Assembly (NCBI GenBank): GCA_964016885.1
Contig: OZ024743.1
Coordinates: 67,146,001 to 67,210,000 of the forward strand
DNA from: Eledone cirrhosa
Taxonomy: Eukaryota
DNA: 64,000 nt
Reading direction: 5' to 3'
Below the pieces are notes generated by a model. That model was not told the DNA's origin and ran no database searches. It worked only from the letters and a program-made list of their open reading frames with translations. Position 1 is the first letter of the stretch. Each line of letters begins with the position of its first letter. A program made the position numbers and the translations under genes. Shown here piece by piece: positions 29,390 through 43,521 of this stretch.

Positions 29390-29615
29390 TTTTCGAATAT
29401 TAATAATGATATTCCATTCGTTTGCAATTATGCAAACAGCCTCTTTAAAGCCATGTTAGTAGATTGACCCCGCATTCTTGCTCTTGTGTTGGTATGTAAA
29501 CAGAACTGCATGCCAATACAAGAGCAAGAATGACGGTGTCATTCTATTGACATGGCTTTAAAGAGGTTGTGTGCATAATTGCAAAGCAATCGAAAATTAT
29601 TATTCGGAAAACTCA
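29390..29615. repeat. Imperfect ~100-bp-arm hairpin (MITE-like foldback)
   Basis: TTTGCAATTATGCAAAC..CTCTTTAAAGCCATG..CATTCTTGCTCTTG pairs with CAAGAGCAAGAATG..CATGGCTTTAAAGAG..GCATAATTGCAAA. Confidence 0.75.
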
Positions 29616-29689
29616 GATTACACACACACACACAGACGCACACATATATATATATATATATATGTGAATAAAATCAATAAGCATTTCTA

Positions 29690-29884
29690 GAGTATAAACA
29701 ACGTTTCATACACTTAACCTGTATCCGTGACCATTGGTCTCGGAGTCCAGCTATGGTCACCACTACACACTGGAGGAGGCACTTTCAGACTGTCCCATCA
29801 TCAGTGTTCAGTGGTGGCCATAACTCGAATCCGAGGCCTATAGTGGCGCATGCATGTTAAGTGTATGAAACGTTGTTCATACTA
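29690..29884. repeat. Imperfect ~90-bp-arm hairpin
   Basis: AGTATAAACAACGTTTCATACACTTAAC / GTTAAGTGTATGAAACGTTGTTCATACT, plus inner arms. Confidence 0.75.
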
Positions 29885-29934
29885 AATAAGCTCTCTTGCC
29901 AGTACTGTTTTCTTCATCTTTCATTTAAGGATTG

Positions 29935-29984
<50 letters not shown>

Positions 29985-30001
29985 CACACACACACACAAA
30001 A

Positions 30002-30064
<63 letters not shown>

Positions 30065-30104
30065 CAAGGGGAAAAAGAGTGCTCTATGTATAGAACAGAG
30101 TTAT

Positions 30105-30300
30105 TTAATTAGAAAGTGAACGACAAAAAATATAACTACTCCATTACCAAAAGTTTCTGGTTCCCAGACAATATTAATATGTCTGGGTCGGTCATCAGAT
30201 ACCATTTCTGTCTTATAACCGACCCAGACGTATATTAATATTGTCTGGGATCCAGAAACCTTTTGTAATGGAGTAGTTATATCTTGTGTTGTTCACTTTC

Positions 30301-30305
<5 letters not shown>
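30105..30305. repeat. Foldback of a hammerhead-bearing element (~90-bp arms)
   Basis: TAGAAAGTGAAC..ATAACTACTCCATTAC..CCCAGAC / GTCTGGG..GTAATGGAGTAGTTAT..GTTCACTTTCTA. Confidence 0.85.
30141..30201 (-). ncRNA. Minimal hammerhead motif (left arm); the right arm (~30210-30270, +) has a mutated core CTTATAA
   Basis: Minus strand: tat CTGATGA ccga cccagaca-tattaatat-tgtctggg aacca GAAAC ttttg GTA atg; stem I short and base of stem II mismatched. Confidence 0.55.
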
Positions 30306-30346
<41 letters not shown>

Positions 30347-30760
30347 GAGAGAGAGAAAGAGAGAGATATATATAAAAATTTTTGAAAAAGCTTGAACACA
30401 CAAGCCCAAACCGCTTGGGGCTGCGGTCTGGATTGTACATACCTCTATAGCTACTCATTATCTCCCTATGCATAAAGATTAATGGTTTCGCCGGCCTCAG
30501 CACAGCAGACCCCCCCCCCCCTTCTCTATATATAATATATGAAATGTGGATTTGTTTAGGAAGCCGTACAATGCAAATGAGACGGAAATACCTAGGCAGA
30601 AGGTCGGAAGGGTAGTGAGAGATGGGGTAGAAGGCGAAAAATGTAGTAGAAATAAAATAAAAGGACAAGAATGACTGATTGTTACCTTAGTATGTTATGG
30701 CATATCTAGGCACGTAAATATGTATGTATGCATTTTGTATGTATGTATGCATTTTGTATG

Positions 30761-30793
<33 letters not shown>

Positions 30794-31398
30794 GTGTGTG
30801 TGTCTGTGTGTGTGTGTGTGTGTGTGTGTATGCATGTATGTAATGTATGTATGCTTGTACGTATGTATGTATGTGTGTGTGTATGTGTGTATGCATGCCG
30901 TTTTTCTGATTAAAAAGTTTTATAACAACGGCGAGAATGTATGTTACAACCCAATATGTATGTATGTATGCATGTATGTATGTCCTGAAATATAAATCAT
31001 CATACTAAAAGCAATATCCTGCTGCAATCCCAGTCGGCATTTTGCGCAAACCGAGGCACATTAAACATATATAAATATCTAGCTAACGACCACTAAATAT
31101 GTGCATGTGTGTGTTTGTCAGAGAGAGAGAATGGGAGAGAGAGGGGGGGGGGAGATGGGGGAGGGAGGGAGATGGGGGGAGGGAGGGAGCGACAGAGAGA
31201 GTGAGTGAGAGAGCGAGAGGGAGGGAGGGAGAGCGAGGTGGAGGGGAGAGTGAGAGAGTGAGTGAGAGAGTGAGTGAGAGAGTGGGAGAGTGAGTGGGAG
31301 AGTGAGTGGGAGAGTGAGTGGGAGAGAGAGGCGAACAAGTAAAAGACACGGAAGGACAAAATAATATAACGATGATATATATTTGTTAAAGGAAATGA

Positions 31399-31437
31399 AT
31401 CTTAACGTTTCGGGCAACAATCCGTCATCAGGTGATA
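31399..31437 (-). ncRNA. Degenerate minimal hammerhead motif
   Basis: Minus strand: cac CTGATGA cggattgttgccc GAAACGTT aagat; palindromic AACGTT stem III; weak stems I and II; downstream resembles the 17105-17140 copy. Confidence 0.5.
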
Positions 31438-31710
31438 GAATGAGAGAAGAAGAAATAGAGAAGAAATAAACCGAGAAAATATTATTTTCAGGAGGAAATC
31501 ATCGTTACGTTTAATCAACAATGTTGTATATATATTCATATAATGGTTAAAATTTGTATGTTAAAATTTAGCTTAAATTTATGAAGGTACAGCATGGACA
31601 TACGTACATTCATATATGCGTACATGTAAACACACACATAAATATATTCACACACATTCATATCTATTTATCTATATCTCTATATATGCAAATATATATA
31701 ACTATCTATC

Positions 31711-31816
<106 letters not shown>

Positions 31817-31832
31817 TACATGAATGTGCATT

Positions 31833-31876
<44 letters not shown>

Positions 31877-31987
31877 GAGGTATATTTAATTTAAAAAATG
31901 TTATAACTGATATAAAGCACTCAACTGTTTAGTGGAGTAAATATACAATATATTAATAAATGGAAACTATATTTATAAAACCATATT

Positions 31988-32053
31988 TATTTTATTATAC
32001 ATATTTCAAGGGCAACCAAGGCAAATTATGGTGCGCTTTCATCAGATAAAATA
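31988..32053 (-). ncRNA. Type-I hammerhead ribozyme motif
   Basis: Minus strand: tattttat CTGATGA aagcgcacca..tggttgccctt GAAA tatgta TA^ataaaata; 8-bp stem I, intact core, AUA site. Confidence 0.8.
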
Positions 32054-32470
32054 CAGATTTGTTTTATAAATAAATATTGACATACCCGGAAAATTATTCT
32101 TCCACGTTATTCTCATTTCTTCTCTCATTTAGATATACTTACGCTGTCTATATTTATCTCTTCATGCACTCTATTTTCACTATCAATATATATAATCGTT
32201 CTTTCTTTCCTCTTCTATCTTTCTCCTTTCTTTTTTTCTTTTTTCTTTTTTTCTTTTTTCTATTTTTCTCTCTCCCTTACATATCATCTTCTTCCAACAG
32301 TTTAATTTAAATAAACCGTTATCTTTTCAACTTTTCGGACACTCATTTGCATACTCACTCATAATTTTGTATCACCCTCAATAAATGTACAATCTCCAAT
32401 ATCCAGGAAGCTCCAACCGTTAAGGTTGTCTTTTTTTCCGGGTATGATATTTATTTATAAAACAAATCTG

Positions 32471-32536
32471 TATTTTATCTGATGAAAGCGCACCATAATT
32501 TGCCTTGGTTGCCCTTGAAATAAGTATAATAAAATA
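32471..32536 (+). ncRNA. Type-I hammerhead ribozyme motif
   Basis: tattttat(32471) CTGATGA(32479) stem II GAAA(32517) taagta TA^ataaaata. Confidence 0.8.
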
Positions 32537-32739
32537 AATATGGTTTTATAAATATAGTTTGCATTTATTAATATATTGTATATATATATATATATTGTTA
32601 TACTTTGGGAGGGTCATGTTGCCAATAAGAAACACACGCACCATGCTTTCACTTCAATTTATTATAATAAATTTATAAATTTAGGAATTTATAAATTTCC
32701 GGTTGGTTGGTTCCACAACCAGATGGTTGTTTATATATT

Positions 32740-32782
32740 GTCAAAGTTCTTTCGTCACACATTCTGTGACCTCTTCAGTGAC
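32740..32782 (-). ncRNA. Minimal type-I hammerhead motif (left arm of palindrome)
   Basis: Mirror image of 32910-32952. Confidence 0.7.
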
Positions 32783-32909
32783 TGGGGATTATTTTCTTTG
32801 TTTTTGTGCCTCTCCTTTGTTCTGTCCTACGCCATCTTGTTTCAAGATGAAACAAGATGGCGTAGGACAGAACAAAGGAGAGGCACAAAAACAAAGAAAA
32901 TAATCCCCA

Positions 32910-32952
32910 GTCACTGAAGAGGTCACAGAATGTGTGACGAAAGAACTTTGAC
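32910..32952 (+). ncRNA. Minimal type-I hammerhead motif
   Basis: gtca CTGAAGA g gtcaca-gaatg-tgtgac GAAA GAACT T^tgac; 4-bp stem I, 6-bp stem II, 2-bp stem III. Confidence 0.7.
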
Positions 32953-33203
32953 AATATATAAACAACCATCTGGTTGTGGAACCAACCAACCGGAAATTTA
33001 TAAATTCCTAAATTTATAAATTTATTATAATAAATTGAAGTGAAAGCTACTGGTGCGTGTGTTTCTTATTGGCTACATGACCCTCCCAAAGTATAACAAT
33101 ATCGGTTTCAACACACGTTTTCAGATAAAGAATCTTGCTAAACAAATTCAGAAACGAAATATATATATATATATACGTACATGAATGTACATTTATATAT
33201 ATA

Positions 33204-33291
<88 letters not shown>

Positions 33292-33859
33292 AATATATAA
33301 TACTTATAAGCATGTATTTATGTATGCGTGTTTTAGGTGGGCTTCAGTGGTAAACTATATTTTCCCCTTTAACACCGGGGATGTTCTTTAATATAATATG
33401 TTGGCAAAATATATATGTAAAAGAAGTAGGACTTGGTTGGAATAGAGTGGCTGTATTGTAGAGAAGGTCATTATGGCAGATAACGAACGTTACGGTTCTA
33501 TAAGCTTGTGGCCTTATCTGGCTAATAATAACTTTAAATCTATTCACAATATATAGAGTGGTGTGAGGCTAGATTATAGGATGGTGTAGCATAGAAAGAC
33601 AAAGAGAGAGGGGGGAGAGAGAAGGATGTGTGAATGAGAGAGAGAGAAGGGGGAGAGAGAAGGATGCGTGAATGAGAGAGAGAGAGAGGGGGGAGGAGAG
33701 AGAGAAGGATGTGTGAATGTGAGAGAGAGAGGGTGGAAAGAGAGAGAGGGGAGGGGAGGGGGAGATGTGTGAATGAGAAAGAGAAGTGTAAGTGTGAATG
33801 AGAGACGTGAAAGAGAGGTCAGCGTGAGAGAGAGAGAGAGAGAGATAGAGAGAGAGAGC

Positions 33860-33922
<63 letters not shown>

Positions 33923-34492
33923 GGTGATGAATAAGAGATATTTTGATTCTATAACCCTTAAATTGAATAGCATCGATAACGTAGCTGAAACTATAAGTTT
34001 GGCAAATATGTAGGAACTATTTCTTCCTTATTCTGTAACATTTTGTAAGATTATCGAGCTGTAACGATGTAAGCAGTCTCCAACAATGACTAACAGTAGA
34101 ATACACTGAATATATGGTAAGTTGTAATTATTTTAAATATTACATATACATATATGTATTGACCAATATGTTATAGAAAGGAAATTCACCAACGAAAATA
34201 ATAGATTTCTCCATAGAAAAACTGAACATTGAATTAATAGATTCAGCTTTGCTAAGAACTAAAGAGAGAGAACTTTTAATCTCGCGCCAAAGCCACAATT
34301 CTCTATTCATTCTTCGTATGTGTGTGAGGGTGAGTGTGTGAGTGTAAGTGTGAGAGTGTGTGTGTGTGTGTCCGTATGTGGTTGACAGCTGAGAGAAAAG
34401 ATTGCTCAATACCGAAGTAGAGTTGTAATATTTATTTTATTAAGGCTAAATAATGAGTCTTTTTACTATGGAGTTTCGCCTTAATAAAATGA

Positions 34493-34560
<68 letters not shown>

Positions 34561-34661
34561 GGTTTGAGGTTCACCACTGTATAGAGCTGGTCTATTCCGT
34601 ATGGTCAATCGTAATGCAATAATATAGAGAGTACTCAACGTAAAGCAGTATTATATTTCGA

Positions 34662-34719
34662 ATACCTGATGATATCACCGGATTCATACGGAACCCGGTC
34701 ATTGAAATGATCATAGTAT
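34662..34719 (+). ncRNA. Type-I hammerhead ribozyme motif followed by AATAAA
   Basis: atac CTGATGA tatc accgg a ttc-atacg-gaa c ccggt catt GAAA TGATCA TA^gtat, then AATAAA at 34720; palindromic TGATCA stem III. Confidence 0.75.
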
Positions 34720-34833
34720 AATAAACCTTTCAAGGATTTACACAAATCCAGCCTCCTGTCATTTCATTATAATATATATATATATATATACATATATATA
34801 TACATATATATATATATATACATATATATATAC

Positions 34834-34866
<33 letters not shown>

Positions 34867-35005
34867 AGCAAAAGAGATATTCAATTTGTTGGTAATTCGG
34901 CAAATATAAATGTTTATAACTGATTCAGACCACTCGACAGGTTTTCTGGGTGTATAATATTCAATGATATTAAATAAATGGAAACTATATTTATAAAACC
35001 ATATT

Positions 35006-35066
35006 TATTCTATTATATATATTTCAAGGGTACCAAAACTTTGGTACGCTTTCAACAGATAAAATA
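35006..35066 (-). ncRNA. Hammerhead motif with core mutation (CTGTTGA)
   Basis: Minus strand: tattttat CTGTTGA aagcgtaccaaa-gt-tttggtaccctt GAAA tatata TA^atagaata. Confidence 0.65.
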
Positions 35067-35119
35067 CAAAGTTTGTTTTATAAATTTTGACATAACCAAG
35101 AAAAACATACCAAACTTTG

Positions 35120-35180
35120 TATTTTATCTGATGAAAGCGTACCAAAGTTTTGGTAACTTTGAAATATATATAATAGAATA
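35120..35180 (+). ncRNA. Type-I hammerhead ribozyme motif
   Basis: tattttat CTGATGA aagcgtaccaaa-gt-tttggtaacttt GAAA TATATA TA^atagaata; palindromic stem III. Confidence 0.75.
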
Positions 35181-35220
35181 AATATGGTTTTATAAATATA
35201 GTTTCCATTTATTTAATAAT

Positions 35221-35257
<37 letters not shown>

Positions 35258-35263
<6 letters not shown>

Positions 35264-35807
35264 TTGGAGCTCTGAAATAGCAATATATATATGGATGTAT
35301 ATATAATGTATTTTGCAATACACTTTATGCTTAATTAAAAGCATTTTGAAGACCGTAAGCTATTGTTTTAAAGTAGTGACAAATTCCCTCACTTTGATCT
35401 CAGCAAACAGGGGAGATAAGCCGACAAGACTTGTTTCGCTTTGGTTGAAGCTTATCAAGGCCAACTACCCCACCCGTCTACTGAGATCATTGATGTTATA
35501 TTCTTATAGAAATCTAGTAAATAATCAGGAGCTGATTATGCAGAGCGGTTGTTGGTCAGGCAGAAATTAAAAATTAGAATTGGAGCTCTGAAATAGCAAT
35601 ATTTGCTGAGATCAAAGTGAGTGAATTTGTCACTACTTTAAAACAATAGCCTACGGTCTTCAACATGCTTTTAATTAAGCATAAAGTGTATTGCAAAATA
35701 CATTATATATACATCCATATATATATTGCTATTTCAGAGCTCCAATTCTAATTTTTAATTTCTGCCTGACCAACAACCGCTCTGCATAATCAGCTCCTGA
35801 TTATTTA
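35258..35807 (-). mobile_element. 316-bp tandem-unit, retrozyme-like element with an inverted partial copy
   Basis: TTAGAATTGGAGCTCTGAAATAGCAATAT at 35258 and 35574; ~35602-35807 is the reverse complement of 35518-35573 joined to 35258-35407. Confidence 0.75.
35419..35462 (-). ncRNA. Type-I hammerhead with U3-A8 variant core
   Basis: Minus strand: ggcc TTGATAA gctt-caacca-aagc GAAACAAG-t-CTTGTC^ggct. Confidence 0.72.
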
Positions 35808-36381
35808 TATACTATATATAATATATATAGTATATATAATATATATAGTATATATATATATATAGTATATATAGTATATACTATATATAGTATATATAGT
35901 ATATATATATATATAGTATATATAGTATATATATATATATAGTATATATAGTATATCTATATATATAGTATATATAGTATATATATATATATAGTATATA
36001 TAGTATATATATATATATAGTATATATAGTATATATAGTATATATAGTATATATATAGTATATATAGTATATATAGTATATATAGTATATATAGTATATA
36101 TAGTATATATAGTATATATAGTATATATAGTATATATAGTATATATATATATAGTATATATAGTATATATATATATATAGTATATATAGTATATATATAT
36201 ATATAGTATATATAGTATATATATATATATAGTATGTATAGTATATATATATATAGTATATATAGTATATATATATATATATAGTATAAATATATATATA
36301 GTATATATATATATATAGTATATATATATATAGTATATATATATATATAGTATATATATATATAGTATATATATATATATA

Positions 36382-36445
<64 letters not shown>

Positions 36446-36459
36446 ATATATAGTATATA

Positions 36460-36504
<45 letters not shown>

Positions 36505-36628
36505 ATATATAGTATATATATATATATATATAGTATATATATATATAGTATATATATATATATATATAGTATATATATATATATATATAGTATAATATTA
36601 CATAAATGGAAAACTATATTTATAAAAC

Positions 36629-36705
<77 letters not shown>

Positions 36706-37241
36706 TATATATATATAGTATATATATATATATATATAGTATATATATATATATATATAGTATAATATTACATAAATGGAAAACTATATTTATAAAACAA
36801 TTTTAAATATAACTTTACATATATATATAGTATATATATATATATATAGTATATATAGTATATATATATATATAGTATATATATATATACTATATATATA
36901 TATATACTATATATATATATACAATATATATATATATACTATATATATATATATATACAATATATATATATATACTATATATATATATACTATATATACT
37001 ATATATATATATATACAATATATATATATATATACAATATATATATATATATACTATATATATATACTATATATATATATATACAATATATATATATATA
37101 CTATATATATATATACTATATATATATACTATATATATATATACTATATATATATACTATATATATATACTATATATATACTATATATATATATATACTA
37201 TATATATATATATACTATATATACTATATATATATATATAC

Positions 37242-37285
<44 letters not shown>

Positions 37286-38092
37286 CTATATATATATATA
37301 TACTATATATATATATATACTATATATACTATATATACTATATATACTATATATATACTATATATATATATATATATATATACTATATACTATATATATA
37401 TATATATACTATATTTATATATATATATATATACTATATATATATATATATATATACTATATATATATATATATACTATATATATATATATATACTATAT
37501 ATACTATATATATATATATACTATATATATATATACTATATATATATATACTATATATATATATATACTATATATATATATATACTATATATATATATAT
37601 ACTATATATACTATATATATATATATACTATATATATATATATACTATATATATATATATACTATATATACTATATATATATATATACTATATATATATA
37701 TATACTATATATACTATATATACTATATATACTATATATATATATATACTATATATATATATATATACTATATATACTATATATATATATATATACTATA
37801 TATATATATATACTATATATACTATATATATATATATATATATATACTATATATATATATATACTATATATACTATATATATATATATATATACTATATA
37901 TATATATATATACTATATATATATATATACTATATATATACTATATATATATATATACTATATATATATATATACTATATATATATATATACTATATATA
38001 TATATATACTATATATATATATATACTATATATACTATATATATATATATACTATATATACTATATATATATATATACTATATATATATATA

Positions 38093-38154
<62 letters not shown>

Positions 38155-38158
38155 TCTA

Positions 38159-38198
<40 letters not shown>

Positions 38199-38218
38199 TA
38201 TATATATATATATATATA

Positions 38219-38254
<36 letters not shown>

Positions 38255-38305
38255 TATATACTATATATATATATATTATATATATATATATATATACTAT
38301 ATATA

Positions 38306-38390
<85 letters not shown>
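35808..38390. repeat. (TA)n array punctuated by AGT (to ~36880) and then ACT
   Basis: Directly visible; two short fragments of the 31940-family tail at ~36592 and ~36762. Confidence 0.92.
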
Positions 38391-38393
<3 letters not shown>

Positions 38394-38489
38394 GGAAAAA
38401 TTTGAACAGAGAGGCAGTACGGGGTGTCCGAGCGGGGAGGGCTGAAGGTGATGTGTGTGTGTAGGTGTGCGTGTGTGTGTGTGTGTGTG

Positions 38490-38527
<38 letters not shown>

Positions 38528-39771
38528 AATGTAAGGGTTGGGGGAAGAACGGGGTTGCATGTTCAGGAAGAGGTGTGTGTGGGCGAGGTTTGTGGGTCGG
38601 AGTGTCTGTGCGTGTGTGGATAGAGGGGTGGGGGGAGAGGAATCAGGAGGCTGAGGGTGTAAATATGTGGTGGAAAGCACGTGCGTGTGGGGTTTAAGCG
38701 TGTTGTGGGTGTAGGTGGCGTGTGGAGAAAAAAAATTTTTGGGGGTGTGTGTCTGGGTGAGTTATATAGGTGATTCCGTAAGAGGATGGTTGAAAAGTTG
38801 GTAAATTCCGAAGATGTTTAGTGGATTGTTTGTTGGTCAATTTCTGCGTGTGGGTATTCCATGAAGCGATGGTCGGAAGAGGAGAGATGTGGGGTGCGCG
38901 CGCAACAGGAAGTGGTCAGCAGTGGGAGTGCTGTGGTCTGTTTGTGCTGGGAGGTGGTCAGAGGGCATAGCAGCAGTCGGTGGAATGGTAAAGGGGCGAG
39001 GATGGGTATGTGTGAAAGTGGGAGTGAGGAGGGTGTGTGTGTGTGTATTAGTAGGGGTGTTAGTGGGATGAGTGAGTGTGGAGCGAGGGTGTTGTTTGAG
39101 CGGGGAGAGAAGGGTGTGTGTGGTTCTATGGAGGGAGTGGGTGTACTGGTGTGTGTTTAGTTTGATGAAGAGGTGTTAGTGGGTGTTAGTATACAGGAGG
39201 TGGAGAGGAGTTGAATGCAGGTGTGAGTGGGGGTTAGTGGTGGTAGGGTGTGTAGAGTTGGTGGTGTACGAGGGTGTGTGGGTACGTGTGCGTGGGGTTG
39301 GGTGTGTTAGTGATGTTAGATGCGTGTGGGGTAGGTGGTGTAAGTGGGTGCATGTGTTCGTGTGCTTAGGGGTTAGGGGGTGTTAGTGAGGTTAGTTGCG
39401 GGGTGGTGGGATGGAGGTGTGGGGGTGAGAGGTGTGGGGGTGAGGGTTAGTGGTGGTAATAGGGTGTGTGTTTAGTGTGAGCGCGTGTATATATGTGCCG
39501 GTGGGTGTGTGCGTGTGATAAGGAGGGGGGGAGGAGAAGAGGGGAGGGAAGGTATGTTAGTATGTTAGTTGGGGAAGGGTGGTCAGATGGGAGGTTGAGT
39601 GGAGGTGTTAGTATTGTTAGTTGTGGGTTGGGCGTTGAAAAGGAGGGGTGTGTTAGTGGTGTTAGTGGGGGATAAGTATGGGGGGAGGGGGGCGGTCGAA
39701 GGCTAAAGGAATAAGGGAGGGGGGTTCAGGCCGGGGGGAGTTTGGGTCTGTAAGATGAAGATAGTTCGTTG
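38391..39771 (-). mobile_element. PLE copy 2 (3' region plus last ~22 endonuclease codons); hammerhead/polyA segment deleted
   Basis: Colinear with 26538-28175 except that GCAGTAC joins directly to GGGGTGTCC. Confidence 0.88.
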
Positions 39772-39781
39772 TATATATATA

Positions 39782-39820
<39 letters not shown>

Positions 39821-40384
39821 TACTATATATATACTATATATATATATTTATATACTATATATATATATATATATATATACTATATATATATATATATATA
39901 CTATATATATATATACTATATATACTATATATATATATACTATATATATATATATATACTATATATATATATACTATATATATATATATATATATATATT
40001 CTATATATATATATATACAATATATATATATACTATATATATATATATATACTATATATATATATACTATTTATATATATACTATATATATATATATATA
40101 CTATATATATATACTATATATACTATATATATATATATATATATACTATATATATATATATATATATACTATATATATATATATATATATACTATATACA
40201 TATATATACTATATATATATATATACTATATATATATATATACTATATATATATATATATACTATATATATATATATATACTATATATATATATATATAC
40301 TATATATATATATACTATATATATATATATATACTATATATATATATATACTATATATATATATATATATACAATATATATATA

Positions 40385-40415
<31 letters not shown>

Positions 40416-40477
40416 CTATATATATATATACTATATATATATATACATACTATATATATATATATATACTATATATA
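39772..40477. repeat. (TA)n/ACT array
   Basis: Directly visible. Confidence 0.92.
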
Positions 40478-41449
40478 TAATGAAAAATTGAACAGGGACA
40501 GAACAGAGAGGCAGTACGATAAATGTTTATTAAATTCACGCTCAGGAGAGTGGGGGGTAGGTGGGGGACGACGTTTCGGGCATAAGCCCTTCTTCAGGTG
40601 AGAGTTCAAAAGGTGTGTAGGGGAGTGGTGGAGAGACATATAGCGAAAGGAAACGGTGCGAATGAAAAATTAAAAATTAACAAATAAAGACAAAAATATA
40701 ATAAATAATAAATAAAAATAAAGCATGATCAAAATACAAGGAATGAGAAAATTTAAAAATAAAGGCATGATAAAAAAAAACTGAAATTAAAAGGGGGGTA
40801 AACAGGGGGTGGAAGGGTGTGGGGTGAGTAGAGGTGGTGGCGGGTGGAGTGGGGAGAGGGAGACGGGGTGTCCGAGCGGGGAGGGCTGAAGGTGGTGTGT
40901 GTGGTTAGGTGTGCGTGTGTGTGTGTGTGTGTGTGTGTATGTGAAAGTGAGGGTTGGGGGAAGAACGGGGTTGCATGTTCAGGAAGGTGTGTGTGGGGGG
41001 TGTTTTTGTGGGTCGGAGGGTCTGTGCGTGTGTGGATAGGGGGTGGGGGGGAGAGGAATCAGGGGGCTGAGGGTGTAAATATGTGGTGGGAAGCACGTGT
41101 GTGTGGTTTAAGCGTGATGTGGGTGTGGGTGGCGTGTGGATGAAAAAAATTGTTTTGGTGTGTGTGTGTGGGTGAGTTATATAGGTGATGGTGTTAGAGG
41201 ATGGTTGAAAGTGGTAAGTTACACGGATGTATGGAGATTTTGGTTGGAAGTCAAAACGCGTGTGGGTAATCCAAGAAGCGGTGGTCGGAAGAGGAGAGAT
41301 GTGGGGTGCGCGCGCAACAGGAAGTGGTCAGCAGTGGAAGTGCTGTGGTCAGTTGGTGCTGAGACAGTGGTCGGAAGGGCATAGCAGCAGTAGCAGTCGG
41401 CGGAATGATAGGGAGGCGAGGATGGGTAGGTGTGAGAGTTGGAGTGAGG

Positions 41450-41486
<37 letters not shown>

Positions 41487-41500
41487 TAGTAGGGGTGTTA
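40478..41500 (-). mobile_element. PLE copy 3 (3' pseudo-LTR-like region only)
   Basis: Colinear with 26538-27497; both ends in (TA)n. Confidence 0.88.
40568..40599 (-). ncRNA. PLE minimal hammerhead motif, intact core
   Basis: Minus strand: ac CTGAAGA a gggc-ttat-gccc GAAACGTC^gt; AATAAA downstream at 40531-40526. Confidence 0.75.

Positions 41501-43521
<2,021 letters not shown>

Larger units (their letters stand above)
31940..32583. mobile_element. Foldback of a hammerhead-bearing element (arms ~31940-32093 and ~32435-32583, ~340-bp spacer)
   Basis: Arms are near-perfect reverse complements; same family as 34965-35225. Confidence 0.85.
32592..33102. repeat. Long palindrome: ~200-bp apparently perfect arms (32645-32844 / 32848-33047), 3-nt loop, extending imperfectly to ~255 bp
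   Basis: Symmetry centre 32846; also visible as mirrored ORFs 32703..32903(+) and 32789..32989(-). Confidence 0.95.
34965..35225. mobile_element. Foldback of a hammerhead-bearing element (same family as 31940-32583)
   Basis: Arms ~34965-35075 and ~35111-35225; mirrored ORFs 34978..35181(+) and 35005..35208(-). Confidence 0.85.

Noticed and set aside
29775-29810. CTGATGA..GAAA on the minus strand as a hammerhead
   Set aside because: Stem II has a 1-nt loop and there is no stem III or UH site in register
34430-34492. Small inverted repeat with GAAAC..GTA on the minus strand as a type-II hammerhead
   Set aside because: No CTGANGA or stem I hairpin
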